From assembly GCA_023898465.1 (NCBI GenBank), contig CP060223.1, positions 64,001 through 128,000 on the forward strand: a stretch of DNA of 64,000 nt. Reading direction: 5' to 3'. The notes below the pieces were generated by a model. That model searched no databases, was not told the origin of the DNA, and saw only the letters and a program-made list of their open reading frames with translations. Position 1 is the first letter of the stretch, and each line of letters opens with the position of its first letter. This DNA comes from Candidatus Nomurabacteria bacterium (GTDB lineage: Bacteria > Patescibacteriota > Patescibacteriia > HK-STAS-PATE-3). Positions 46,624 through 57,346 of the stretch are shown piece by piece. The translations under genes were made by a program, and so were the position numbers.

Positions 46624-48411
46624 TTATTCAGACAAGGCGTTGCGGCGAGCGCTTAGCTCACTAAATTGTTCGAGCAAGTGCTGTACCTGCTCCTGATTTT
46701 GCTCTGTCTCTGCCTGACGAAGGGCTGCTTGGACTGTTGCGATGGACTGCTCGATGCTTCGTTTGAGGAGGAAATGTGCGCAAGTGCGCAGCTCTTTTGA
46801 GAGCTCTCCAGTTTGGCGTCCATCAAAATATTGTGCAGCGAATAATTGAAGCTGCGGAATCTCAGAAGCGAGTTCCGGTGCTCGGCGTGTTATTTCGCGT
46901 TGCAAATCGTCAAGACTGACAGAGTGGTTACTAGTATACTGATCTCGTAGTATCTTGTAAAGGGTGTGATAGGGGGGGTGAAGCAGCTCAGCCTGGAAGT
47001 CCGCTGGCAGCGAGTCAAGGAATTCTAGCTGATGGATGAGTAGGGCGGCGAGAAGTTGACTGACCTGCCAATGGCGACCTTGGCGTGGTTGCGCTACTTG
47101 CGCGGGATTTACTGTGCTTGCTTTTGGTCGAGGCGTTTTTCCTTTTTGCATTTGTTCTCGTAGCAACTCCTCATTCACCTGGACGGCCTGCGCAAGTTTC
47201 GAGAGATAGTGACTCTGCTCAACGGGATTTGCCACCATGGTAAGTAAAGGAAGGAGATTTTTTACTGCCTTCTTTTTATCATCAACCTTTGTCAGATCAA
47301 GCGGGGCAAAAGTGCTGCGAAGCGCATAGTCGAGATAAGGCTCTGCTTTTGCCACTGCCTCGGGCCAAGCTTTTGGATCTTGTCGAATTAATTCATCCGG
47401 GTCTTTGCCGCTTGGTACGCTGATGACCTTAATGGTAAATTCTTGCTGCAAGGCTAGCTCAATACCGCGACGGGTAGCTGATTGTCCGGCCATGTCAGTA
47501 TCAAAGCCGATGAGGAGAGTATCAGTGAAGCGTCGGATAAGCTTCAATTGATCAGTGGTAAGCGCTGTTCCACTAGCAGCGATCGCCTGCGTGACGCCAA
47601 CGCGATGTGAGGCAATCACGTCCAGATAGCCTTCCACAACAATTGCATAACCAGCACTTCGGATTGACTGCTTCGCCAGATGCAGGCCATAGAGCACTGT
47701 GCTTTTGTTATACACGTCGCTTTGCGGGGAGTTCACATACTTTGCCGCATCCTCAGGTGCTGGCGGCATTACGCGACCACCAAAGCCAATCACATTGCCG
47801 TGCACATCAGCAATTGGAAACATGAGTCGGTTGCGGAAGCGGTCATAATAGCGAGCGCTACCTTCTTTTTGCTGGAGTAGGCCAGCTCGGGCCATGTCGA
47901 GGTCCTTGATATTTTTTTTGGCTAAAGCGTTTTTTACATTTTCCCAGCCCTCTGGCGCAAAGCCGATTTGGAAGTTTTCAATGTCCTCGCTCGTAATACT
48001 CCTCTGCTCTATATACTGCCGCGCCGAGGCTGCTTCTTTCGCCCGCAGGAGGACTTGGTGATAAAAACGAGACGCAGTAGCCAGGATATCCAGCAGGTGC
48101 GTTCGTTGATCTTGCAGTTTGGGGTCAAAGCGAGGAATCTCGACATTGGCCTTCTTTGCCAGCAGGCGGAGTGTCTCAGGGAAGTCCATACCTTCCATCT
48201 CTTGGATAAAGGTAAAGAGATCACCACCTTTACCACAGCCAAAGCAGTGCCAGATGCCATTTGCTCGATCCACCATAAAGGAAGGTGTCTTTTCATGGTG
48301 AATAGGACACAGAGCCTTATGATACTTCCCGGATGGTTTGAGCGTGACGTACTCGCCAATCAGCTCAACCAGGTCCAGACGCTGCTTAATTTCATCGGTG
48401 ACTTGGGCCAT
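46624..48411 (-). CDS. dnaG: DNA primase DnaG
   Basis: The CHC2 zinc finger is CPIHHEKTPSFMVDRANGIWHCFGCGKGGD. A TOPRIM segment (...VVEGYLDV...GFDTDMAGQSA) is present. Confidence 0.9.
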   Translation of the reverse strand: MAQVTDEIKQRLDLVELIGEYVTLKPSGKYHKALCPIHHEKTPSFMVDRANGIWHCFGCGKGGDLFTFIQEMEGMDFPETLRLLAKKANVEIPRFDPKLQDQRTHLLDILATASRFYHQVLLRAKEAASARQYIEQRSITSEDIENFQIGFAPEGWENVKNALAKKNIKDLDMARAGLLQQKEGSARYYDRFRNRLMFPIADVHGNVIGFGGRVMPPAPEDAAKYVNSPQSDVYNKSTVLYGLHLAKQSIRSAGYAIVVEGYLDVIASHRVGVTQAIAASGTALTTDQLKLIRRFTDTLLIGFDTDMAGQSATRRGIELALQQEFTIKVISVPSGKDPDELIRQDPKAWPEAVAKAEPYLDYALRSTFAPLDLTKVDDKKKAVKNLLPLLTMVANPVEQSHYLSKLAQAVQVNEELLREQMQKGKTPRPKASTVNPAQVAQPRQGRHWQVSQLLAALLIHQLEFLDSLPADFQAELLHPPYHTLYKILRDQYTSNHSVSLDDLQREITRRAPELASEIPQLQLFAAQYFDGRQTGELSKELRTCAHFLLKRSIEQSIATVQAALRQAETEQNQEQVQHLLEQFSELSARRNALSE

Positions 48412-48499
48412 ACCTGCATTCTGTCTTAGCTGAGCAAAAAGAACAAGTCAAGCTTCCTTGACAGCAGGGTGATGCTACAGTAGGCTCTGAATACGCACA

Positions 48500-48700
48500 T
48501 TAGTATCTCACTTCATAGATGAGGAACTCCGGTGAAAATCCGGGGCACTGCCGGTACGGTATCCTACCTTCGCTAAAGCTATGGTGGGGAGCCCGATACT
48601 CAGCTATGTTGTTTCAATCGTTCTTCCTCCGAGCAGAGGACAAGGCGTGCAAGTGCACTGTGCGTTATGACTTCTGCTCGAAACAGAAGTTTTATTCTTA
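48500..48700 (+). promoter_or_regulatory. structured 5' leader, candidate cobalamin-riboswitch-like element with intrinsic terminator (48671-48699)
   Basis: A TTGACA at 48458 precedes it. The motif GAGGAAcuccGGUGAAAAUCCgg resembles the cobalamin riboswitch core AGGGAA...GGUGNAANUCC. GCACUG B12-box-like elements are present. The terminator cttctg-ctcgaaa-cagaag+ttttattctt lies just before the RBS of the DUF4430 gene. A confident covariance-model hit is lacking. Confidence 0.3.
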
Positions 48701-48712
48701 TCTCAAAAAAGT

Positions 48713-49555
48713 ATGCGAGTATTTCAGGTATTCTTGTTTGTCCTCATGATGAGTTTCAGTTTGCCCGTAGTGGCGCAGACGAGCGCTCCTCAAGTAAATG
48801 TAAGAGTTGAATCCGCGGATTCCACCTTGTTCAATAGTTCGGTGCTGGTCGACGCCTGTACGGTGACTGATACCAGTGGAGATGTGCATGAGTATGCTGC
48901 TGGCGCAGGAGTTTGTGCAATGGTGGCAGCGGCCGATCAAGCGGGAATCAGCTACAGTTTTCAAAATTTTGATTTTGGTCTTTTGTTGGCTGCGGTGAAT
49001 GGTGTAGATAATGGAACTGATGAAAACTGGATCTATTGGGTGAATGATAAGGCGGCAACAGTTGGGATGACAGACTATGTATTGCAAGAAGGTGATGAGT
49101 TTCTATTAGCGTACGTGCCCTGGACTGCCTCACCACTTCGCTTAACGCTTGAAGAAAGTGCAACACAGGCAGGTGAAGCTATCGCGCGGGTGACTGCGTA
49201 TTCGATTGATGATGATGCTTTTCTCCCAGTCGATGGAGCAAAGGTGAAGGTAGGAGAAGTCGAGGGTGTAAGCAACGCAGCTGGTGAAGTAACCCTGCGA
49301 GCAAGTGCAGCTGGTCGCTATATGGTGCAAGCGGAAAAAGAAGGATATGTCCGCAGCACTATGCAAGATTTTCATCCAGAGGATGTTGCGACAGATGCCG
49401 AATCTGATGAAGAAGGTGTAGTGGTGCTCAGCTCAGCCGATGCTACGGCCTCAGAGTCTGATCAATTCTCTACTACGCAAAGAACCGTGCTTTGGTTAGC
49501 CGGAATCGGCGTCCTACTTGCCTTTAGTATTGGCTTTTTCCGTCGAAACGGATAA
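48713..49555 (+). CDS. secreted DUF4430 (transcobalamin-like) domain protein with C-terminal TM anchor
   Basis: The signal peptide is MRVFQVFLFVLMMSFSLPVVAQT. A ...NWIYWVNDKAAT...EGDEFLLAYVPW motif is present. A C-terminal hydrophobic helix is followed by RRNG. Confidence 0.55.
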   Translation: MRVFQVFLFVLMMSFSLPVVAQTSAPQVNVRVESADSTLFNSSVLVDACTVTDTSGDVHEYAAGAGVCAMVAAADQAGISYSFQNFDFGLLLAAVNGVDNGTDENWIYWVNDKAATVGMTDYVLQEGDEFLLAYVPWTASPLRLTLEESATQAGEAIARVTAYSIDDDAFLPVDGAKVKVGEVEGVSNAAGEVTLRASAAGRYMVQAEKEGYVRSTMQDFHPEDVATDAESDEEGVVVLSSADATASESDQFSTTQRTVLWLAGIGVLLAFSIGFFRRNG

Positions 49556-49600
49556 GGGTTTGGTCAGGGCAGTATCAACTTGATATACTGATACTGCCCT

Positions 49601-50599
49601 ATGACCACCTTATCAAAAAACGAACAGGGGATACTCGCCACCTTGGCATATTTTGATGTATTTGATTATCCTTTGCGTGAAGAGGAAATACTGCGCTGGT
49701 TTTACGTCACCTCTCCAAGCGAGCATTGGGAAAAGTCGACCGTCCAAGAAACCCTACGACACAGTCAGGCTTTGTCCGAGTATATTGAGCAGCGTGAGGG
49801 TTGGTATACCTTAAAACATCGAGGTCAGCTCATTGAACGTCGAGTTCAGCGAAGGAGGATAAGTATGCGAAAATGGCGAATCGCTCGTTTTGCTACTCGC
49901 TTGCTTCGGGTTATTCCTTTTATTCGCATGGTGGCGGTTTGCAACACGCTGGCTTTAAATAATGCCAGAGAAGAGAGTGACATTGATTTTTTCATTATTG
50001 CGCGTCAGGGTCGTATGTGGACCATGCGTTTCCTCACAACGACCCTGCTTGATTTTGCTCGCATACGGCGCAAGGGCGCGGCGATTAAGGATAAAATTTG
50101 TCTGAGTTTCTATGTAACTGACGCGGCTATGAATTTGGAGCCTTTGCGTTTGCAGCCGGTTGACCCGCACTTTGTGTATTGGGCTGATCAGTTTGTCCTG
50201 TTGTATGACACTGCCGCAGTGTTTCAGGACTACCAGCAGGCGAATGTCTGGGGCAAGCAATATTTGCCCTTTGCCTTTTCTCAGTCTTCCCAGCCACAGA
50301 TACGAGATACCTTATTGACCAGCATGATGAAGCAAAGCGCGGAGTGGATTTTAGGTGGGCGTATTGGCGATTGGTTTGAGAAGTTCTTCCGTCGCATTCA
50401 GCTGCGCAAGATGGATCGGAATGTGCATAGCCGAGCATGGGAGAATGACAGTCAGGTGATTATCTCTGACAACATCCTCAAATTTCATGAGCAAGATCGA
50501 CGCGAAGAATATCGCCGTCTTTTTGAAGGCCGCTTATGGGAAATTTTGCGCAAGCCACGACCCGTAGTAGGGGAAGAGCATAGACCGCCTTTGGAGTGA
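49601..50599 (+). CDS. hypothetical protein with putative nucleotidyltransferase-fold motif (...NAREESDIDFFII...)
   Basis: A 332-aa uninterrupted ORF. An h-x-x-SDID-hhh motif follows a G/S-poor loop. No further assignment is possible. Confidence 0.35.
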   Translation: MTTLSKNEQGILATLAYFDVFDYPLREEEILRWFYVTSPSEHWEKSTVQETLRHSQALSEYIEQREGWYTLKHRGQLIERRVQRRRISMRKWRIARFATRLLRVIPFIRMVAVCNTLALNNAREESDIDFFIIARQGRMWTMRFLTTTLLDFARIRRKGAAIKDKICLSFYVTDAAMNLEPLRLQPVDPHFVYWADQFVLLYDTAAVFQDYQQANVWGKQYLPFAFSQSSQPQIRDTLLTSMMKQSAEWILGGRIGDWFEKFFRRIQLRKMDRNVHSRAWENDSQVIISDNILKFHEQDRREEYRRLFEGRLWEILRKPRPVVGEEHRPPLE

Positions 50600-50619
50600 G
50601 TTTTCAATTATCTCTTAAC

Positions 50620-50648
50620 TTGACAGGGATTTTGCTTTTTCTTATACT
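50620..50648 (+). promoter_or_regulatory. sigma70 consensus-like promoter (TTGACA-N17-TATACT) upstream of groES
   Basis: The sequence is cttgacagggattttgctttttctTATACT. Confidence 0.6.
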
Positions 50649-50734
50649 GCGAACGCAGTATTTAGCACTCTATAAATTTGAGTGCTAATTTACTCCCTTA
50701 GATACTTATCTCATTAGTAATACCGTAATCTACT

Positions 50735-51010
50735 ATGCAATTACGTCCTCTCGGAGATCGGATTGTAGTGAAGCCTTCCACCGAGGAAGAAGTCACTAAG
50801 TCCGGTATTGTCTTACCTGACACTGTTGAAAAAGAAAAAAAGGAGCAAGGTGAAATCGTTGCCATTGGCAGCGGTGAAAAAATTCAAAAGCTCGGCCTCA
50901 AAGTTGGTGATATGGTCGTCTTTGGTAAATATGCCGGAGATGAATTCGAGCATGAAGATGTCGAATACAAAATCCTCAAGGAAGAGGATGTCTTAGCCGT
51001 ACTAGAATAA
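50735..51010 (+). CDS. groES: co-chaperonin GroES
   Basis: The N-terminus reads MQLRPLGDRIVVKP...VLPDT.... It is 91 aa and lies upstream of groEL. Confidence 0.9.
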   Translation: MQLRPLGDRIVVKPSTEEEVTKSGIVLPDTVEKEKKEQGEIVAIGSGEKIQKLGLKVGDMVVFGKYAGDEFEHEDVEYKILKEEDVLAVLE

Positions 51011-52678
<1,668 letters not shown>

Positions 52679-52703
52679 TTTTGCTCTGACGAATTGAATA
52701 GAC

Positions 52704-52745
52704 ATAGGCGAGGATGATCATCCTCGCCTATGTTGTATTTACTCC
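52704..52745 (+). terminator. intrinsic terminator after groEL (palindrome ataggcgaggatgatcatcctcgcctat)
   Basis: It is a 12-bp perfect stem. Confidence 0.55.
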
Positions 52746-52787
52746 TTCAAGCACTTCACGCTATACTGCAAGTGAAGCGGGGAAGTA

Positions 52788-53266
52788 TGGAACAAGCAAC
52801 ATCACAAAATACATCCGAGCAAGAAGTCTACGTAGCTGGTCTACGTTTGAGTGATTATTGGCGTATGGCTAGATGGCCAGTAGCCGCCGCAACGCTTGTG
52901 AACGCGGCGCTTCTCGCTGCCCAGCAGCCCTGGCCTTATCTCTGGGGAATAAATGTCCTAAGCTTTCTAGGTTTAGCCTATTGGCTGCAGCTAAAAAAGC
53001 GTCTTACTTTTGGCAGCGCCAGTGCGATGGGAATTGTCGCTGGTCTCAGTTTAGGTTTCTTTGTTGCGATATTCCGCTTAGTGATTGAGCGACACGCCTA
53101 CCTCTTCTTCAATCTGATTACCGAGCCGCTACTCACCGCGGCTGGCGGCTTTCTTTTTTCTACGCTACTCTATAGTCTCTTACATCGGAAGCCAAAAAAA
53201 CCGGCCACCGATGTCAAAATGCGAAAGGAGGTGAAAACGAATGAGCGAACCAATGACCAAGAATAA
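52788..53266 (+). CDS. membrane protein, unknown function (4 predicted TM)
   Basis: An RBS ggggaag is present. The ORF-track start at 52730 lies inside the terminator. Confidence 0.4.
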
Positions 53267-53540
53267 TAATGACGACCGACTGCTTGCTTTAGCTTCGTAT
53301 GTTTGGATACTCAGCGTGTTGATCTTATTGTTGAAGAAGGACAGTGACTTTGTACGTTTTCATGCGCGACAGGGTTTTGTTCTCTTTATTATCTCAGTAA
53401 TCTGCTCCATCTTGGCAATTTTCTGGTGGGTGAATCTTATTGTCGCCGTGATGGCGTTAATAGGTATGTACAAGGCCTACCAAGGCGAGAAATGGAAAAT
53501 GCCTTTAGTTGGCATGTTAGCAGAAAAAATAAATTTCTAA
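53241..53540 (+). CDS. small membrane protein, DUF4870-like (FHARQG motif)
   Basis: A strong RBS aaaggaggtgaaaacga precedes the ATG. Two TM helices flank FVRFHARQGFVLFI. Confidence 0.45.
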   Translation: MSEPMTKNNNDDRLLALASYVWILSVLILLLKKDSDFVRFHARQGFVLFIISVICSILAIFWWVNLIVAVMALIGMYKAYQGEKWKMPLVGMLAEKINF

Positions 53541-53687
53541 CCCAAGCTTTATCAAGGCAATCAGCGTCCTTATCGATTCTCTGTGTGCGTAGAATCGTTC
53601 GGGGCGCTTTGGGTTTGACTCCGTTGTTGCTCAAGCGATTTTCGCGTATACTAAGCATGTTTCTACTATTGAGATTATTAGGGGACT

Positions 53688-56099
53688 ATGGCACAACGCG
53701 CAAAAGAACACATCCTTTGGTTCAACCAGGTAAGTAATAAGGACGTAGGATTAGTTGGAGGCAAGAATGCAAGCTTGGGTGAAATGTATCGTCGTTTAAC
53801 CAAGAAGGGCGTGTATGTGCCAAATGGCTTCGCTATCACGGCTGAGGCCTACCAGCATTTTATTACCAAGGGCGGCATTAAGAAGGAAATTCGCCGCATT
53901 TTAAAGACCCTCAATACGCGAGATACTCGTAACTTGATGGCGCACGGTGAAAAAGTGCGTGCACTGTTACTAAAGACTCCAATGCCAGCTGACCTGGAGG
54001 AGGAGATTAAGCTAGCCTATGACAAGCTTTCGAAGGAGTTTGGGACGGCTAACGTGGATGTCGCCGTCCGTTCGTCGGCAACAGCTGAGGATTTGCCTGA
54101 TGCTTCTTTCGCTGGCCAACAAGAGACCTATTTGAATATTCGAGGTCATGAGGCTTTACTCGATGCCTGCCGCAAAGGTTTTGCCTCACTCTTCACTAAC
54201 CGTGCAATTTCTTATCGCGAAGATAAGGGCTTTGATCACTTCAAAATCTCCCTTTCCCTTGGCGTGCAAAAGATGGTCCGATCTGACTTGTCATCCTCTG
54301 GTGTGATGTTCTCGATTGATACCGAGTCTGGTTTCCGCGATGCTGTATTGGTCAGCGGTTCCTACGGTCTAGGTGAAAACATTGTCCAGGGCGCTGTGAC
54401 GCCAGATGAGTGGTATGTATTTAAGCCAACCCTAGCTCAAGGCTATCAGGCGATTATCTCCCGCAAGTTGGGCGATAAGAAGATTAAAATGATCTACACA
54501 AAGGATTTGAAAAATCCAACTAAGAATGTTCCTGTTCCAACGGTAGATCGTCCAAAATATTGTTTAACAGATAAAGAAGTCACGCAGTTGGCAAAGTGGG
54601 CCGTGCTCATTGAAAAGCACTATAAGAAGCCAATGGATATGGAGTGGGCTAAGGATGGTCAGACTGGTCAGCTCTATATTGTGCAGGCTCGACCGGAAAC
54701 GGTTATGAGTCAGCGTGATACCAGCGTGCTTGAGGAATACAGCATTGGCAAGCGTGGCCGTGTCCTAAGCGAAGGTACGAGCGTCGGCAGTAAGATCGGC
54801 GTGGGTAAAGTACGAGTCATTAAGGATGTTTCCCAAATTCACAGCTTCAAAGCCGGCGAGGTTTTGGTAACGCGCATGACAGATCCGGACTGGGAACCAA
54901 TTATGAAAATCGCCAGCGCGATTGTTACTGAAGAGGGTGGACGCACTTCGCACGCGGCAATTGTTTCTCGTGAGTTAGGTTTACCAGCTGTGGTTGGTAC
55001 AGGAAACGCCACCAAGAAGCTGAAGACCGGCCAAATGGTCACGATAAGCTGTGCGGAAGGTGAGCGTGGATATATTTACGCTGGCAAGCTTCCTTTCACG
55101 GTGAATACAACCAATTTGAAGAATCTCAAAAAGCCAAAGACCAAGATACAAATTATCTTTGGTACGCCGGAATTCGCCTTCCAGACCTCGCAGATTCCAA
55201 ACGATGGCGTGGGGTTGGCTCGTGAAGAAGTAATCACTGCTTCACACATTCAGGTCCACCCGCTTGCTTTGATTCACTTTGCGAAATTGAAGGACCAAGA
55301 GGCAAAGAAGAAAATTGAAGCGCTGACCGTAGGCTACGACAACAAGAAGCAATACTACGTTGATACTTTGGCGCAAGGTATTGCCATGATTGCGGCAGCC
55401 TTTTATCCCAAAGAAGTTATTCTACGTTTGGCTGACTTCCGATCAAACGAATATGCTGAGTTAATCGGTGGGCATGAATTTGAGCCGGAGGAGCGTAACC
55501 CGATGATTGGTTGGCGCGGCGCTTCCCGCTACTATGATCCAAAATACCGACCAGCCTTTGATCTGGAGTGTAAGGCAATTAAAAAAGTGCGTGATGAGAT
55601 GGGTCTGAAAAACCTCAAGATCATGGTGCCGTTCTGCCGTACCGTAGAAGAGGGTAAAAAGGTTATCGCTATTTTGAAGGAGAATGGCCTGGTCCAGCAC
55701 AAAGATGGTTTGGAAATCTTCGTCATGTGTGAAATTCCTTCCAACGTTGTTTTAGCTGATAAGTTTGCTGATATCTTTGATGGCTTCTCCATTGGTTCGA
55801 ACGACCTGACGCAGTTAACTCTAGGACTCGACCGTGACTCCGCCCTGATTGCGCACGTGGGGAATGAAAACAACGAGGCAGTGCATCGACTCCTCGCTCA
55901 GGTGATTGAAGTAGCGAAGCGCCGTAAGAAAAAGATCGGTATTTGCGGACAAGGTCCATCAGACTATCCGCAGCTAGCTCGCTTCCTGGTTGAGCAAGGT
56001 ATTGATGCGCTCTCGATTAACCCTGATACGGTTTTGAAGACCATGGTTGATATAACAAAGTTTGAGAAGCGCAAACGCGGGAAGCGCCGTAAGAAGTAA
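53688..56099 (+). CDS. ppsA: phosphoenolpyruvate synthase (pyruvate, water dikinase)
   Basis: The N-terminal PEP-utilising domain (GGKNASLGEM) is present. The phosphohistidine region reads TEEGGRTSHAAIVSRELGLPAVVG. It is 803 aa with a C-terminal TIM domain. Confidence 0.9.
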   Translation: MAQRAKEHILWFNQVSNKDVGLVGGKNASLGEMYRRLTKKGVYVPNGFAITAEAYQHFITKGGIKKEIRRILKTLNTRDTRNLMAHGEKVRALLLKTPMPADLEEEIKLAYDKLSKEFGTANVDVAVRSSATAEDLPDASFAGQQETYLNIRGHEALLDACRKGFASLFTNRAISYREDKGFDHFKISLSLGVQKMVRSDLSSSGVMFSIDTESGFRDAVLVSGSYGLGENIVQGAVTPDEWYVFKPTLAQGYQAIISRKLGDKKIKMIYTKDLKNPTKNVPVPTVDRPKYCLTDKEVTQLAKWAVLIEKHYKKPMDMEWAKDGQTGQLYIVQARPETVMSQRDTSVLEEYSIGKRGRVLSEGTSVGSKIGVGKVRVIKDVSQIHSFKAGEVLVTRMTDPDWEPIMKIASAIVTEEGGRTSHAAIVSRELGLPAVVGTGNATKKLKTGQMVTISCAEGERGYIYAGKLPFTVNTTNLKNLKKPKTKIQIIFGTPEFAFQTSQIPNDGVGLAREEVITASHIQVHPLALIHFAKLKDQEAKKKIEALTVGYDNKKQYYVDTLAQGIAMIAAAFYPKEVILRLADFRSNEYAELIGGHEFEPEERNPMIGWRGASRYYDPKYRPAFDLECKAIKKVRDEMGLKNLKIMVPFCRTVEEGKKVIAILKENGLVQHKDGLEIFVMCEIPSNVVLADKFADIFDGFSIGSNDLTQLTLGLDRDSALIAHVGNENNEAVHRLLAQVIEVAKRRKKKIGICGQGPSDYPQLARFLVEQGIDALSINPDTVLKTMVDITKFEKRKRGKRRKK

Positions 56100-56104
56100 G
56101 GGTT

Positions 56105-56809
56105 ATGCCAACTCAATCTGAACATATTCATGAGCGATACGGGGATGACTCGTATCGCTCAGTGGAATTACGAAACCCGGAAGAACTTCGAGAGTTTGCA
56201 TTAGCATTTCGTCAGTACTACGGTAAGTCTATAGCGGATGTGACACAGGAAGAGAAAGAGGTAGATGCTTTGACTGAGCGTTTACTTGAGCAGCAAAAGG
56301 ATTCGGCGGCGAGTGTGCGTTTCTATGGTATGCGATACGGCACGAAGTTGGTTGCTACTGGACGCTTAAAAGTGAGCACTGATCCAAGTACTGGAGAGCG
56401 AGTTGCTTTACTTTCGCATTTGTCAGTTGATCCAGATCATCGTGGCAAAAAAATAAGCACTCGATTAAGTGTTGAACGTATTGCAGAAGCGCAGCACCTA
56501 GGGGCAAGTCGTATCCTGGCTCATGTAGCGCAGCATAATGTTGCCTCACTAAGCTTGAAGCTGCGTGAAGGATTTCAGGTGACCGGATTTGTCTATTATG
56601 ATGCAGCGAAGCAGCACGGTCGTTTTGAGCTATCGCAAAACCTTCCCAGCAATAAGGCCGGCTCAGTTTCATTTGAACAACGTGAAGTGTTGCTGAGCGA
56701 CACAAAAACGCTTGATGAGCTATTACACTCGGACTGGGTGGGGATTGCGCTTAGGGGCACTAGAGAGGAACCAAGCCTGGAGATTCGCAAACATCTCTCT
56801 TCCCAATAG
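56105..56809 (+). CDS. GNAT family N-acetyltransferase
   Basis: A motif A-like segment reads ALLSHLSVDPDHRGKKISTRLSVERIAEAQHLGASRILAHV. Confidence 0.5.
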   Translation: MPTQSEHIHERYGDDSYRSVELRNPEELREFALAFRQYYGKSIADVTQEEKEVDALTERLLEQQKDSAASVRFYGMRYGTKLVATGRLKVSTDPSTGERVALLSHLSVDPDHRGKKISTRLSVERIAEAQHLGASRILAHVAQHNVASLSLKLREGFQVTGFVYYDAAKQHGRFELSQNLPSNKAGSVSFEQREVLLSDTKTLDELLHSDWVGIALRGTREEPSLEIRKHLSSQ

Positions 56810-56812
56810 ATA

Positions 56813-56902
56813 TGGCGGAGAGGGGGAGATTCGAACTCCCGAAGGGCTTTCACCCTTACTTGCTTTCCAAGCAAGCGCACTAGGCCACTATGCGACCTCT
56901 CC
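56813..56902 (-). tRNA. tRNA-Ser (anticodon GGA), long variable arm, CCA encoded
   Basis: The reverse complement is GGAGAGGTCGCATAGTGGCCTAGTGCGCTTGCTTGGAAAGCAAGTAAGGGTGAAAGCCCTTCGGGAGTTCGAATCTCCCCCTCTCCGCCA. Confidence 0.85.
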
Positions 56903-57207
56903 ACGAATTATTTTTTTCTTATCGTGCCGTTCAGTAAGGCGTGAAATTGCACACCGCCTTTGTATTTCTTTATTCTTAACTCTGCTTTTCGTGCCTCGCT
57001 CCTTGTTCCATACTTTTCCGCATATATTATTTCCAGGGAACTCCAGACTTCGTTGATCGAACACGAGACGCATTGTGCTCAATTATTCTTGTGGATATAT
57101 TTTCACAATGGCCTATATAATACCTTCCTGTTTTTTCGCTTTGTAGAATATATGTTATAAACATACATTTTGCTTTCTGCCGCGGAGCGGCATCCCGCCC
57201 CGCGGGA

Positions 57208-57242
57208 CAAGCAAGCGCACTAGGCCACTATGCGACCTCTCC
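57208..57242 (-). repeat. 35-nt exact copy of the 5' half of tRNA-Ser(GGA) (acceptor/D-arm/anticodon stem) followed by unrelated hairpin sequence
   Basis: The segment caagcaagcgcactaggccactatgcgacctctcc is identical to 56868-56902. After the anticodon-stem position the copy continues tcccgcggggcgggatgccgctccgcggcagAAAGCAA, then diverges. There is no T-arm. Confidence 0.7.
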
Positions 57243-57346
57243 AGGTTGCGTGATTTGTAACGGGACAATCCTAGCGAAAAATTACCTATTTGGCAAGGCG
57301 AAAATACAGAGTAAAATTCGACAAACAGGTCCCGCTCGGCTAGGAT

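Noticed and set aside
48519-48749. 76-aa ORF in the leader of the DUF4430 gene
   Set aside because: It lies within the structured riboswitch-like leader and terminator and has no RBS.
56712-57160. ORFs of 114, 64 and 66 aa around tRNA-Ser and its partial copy
   Set aside because: They overlap the tRNA gene and the non-coding spacer and have no RBS.
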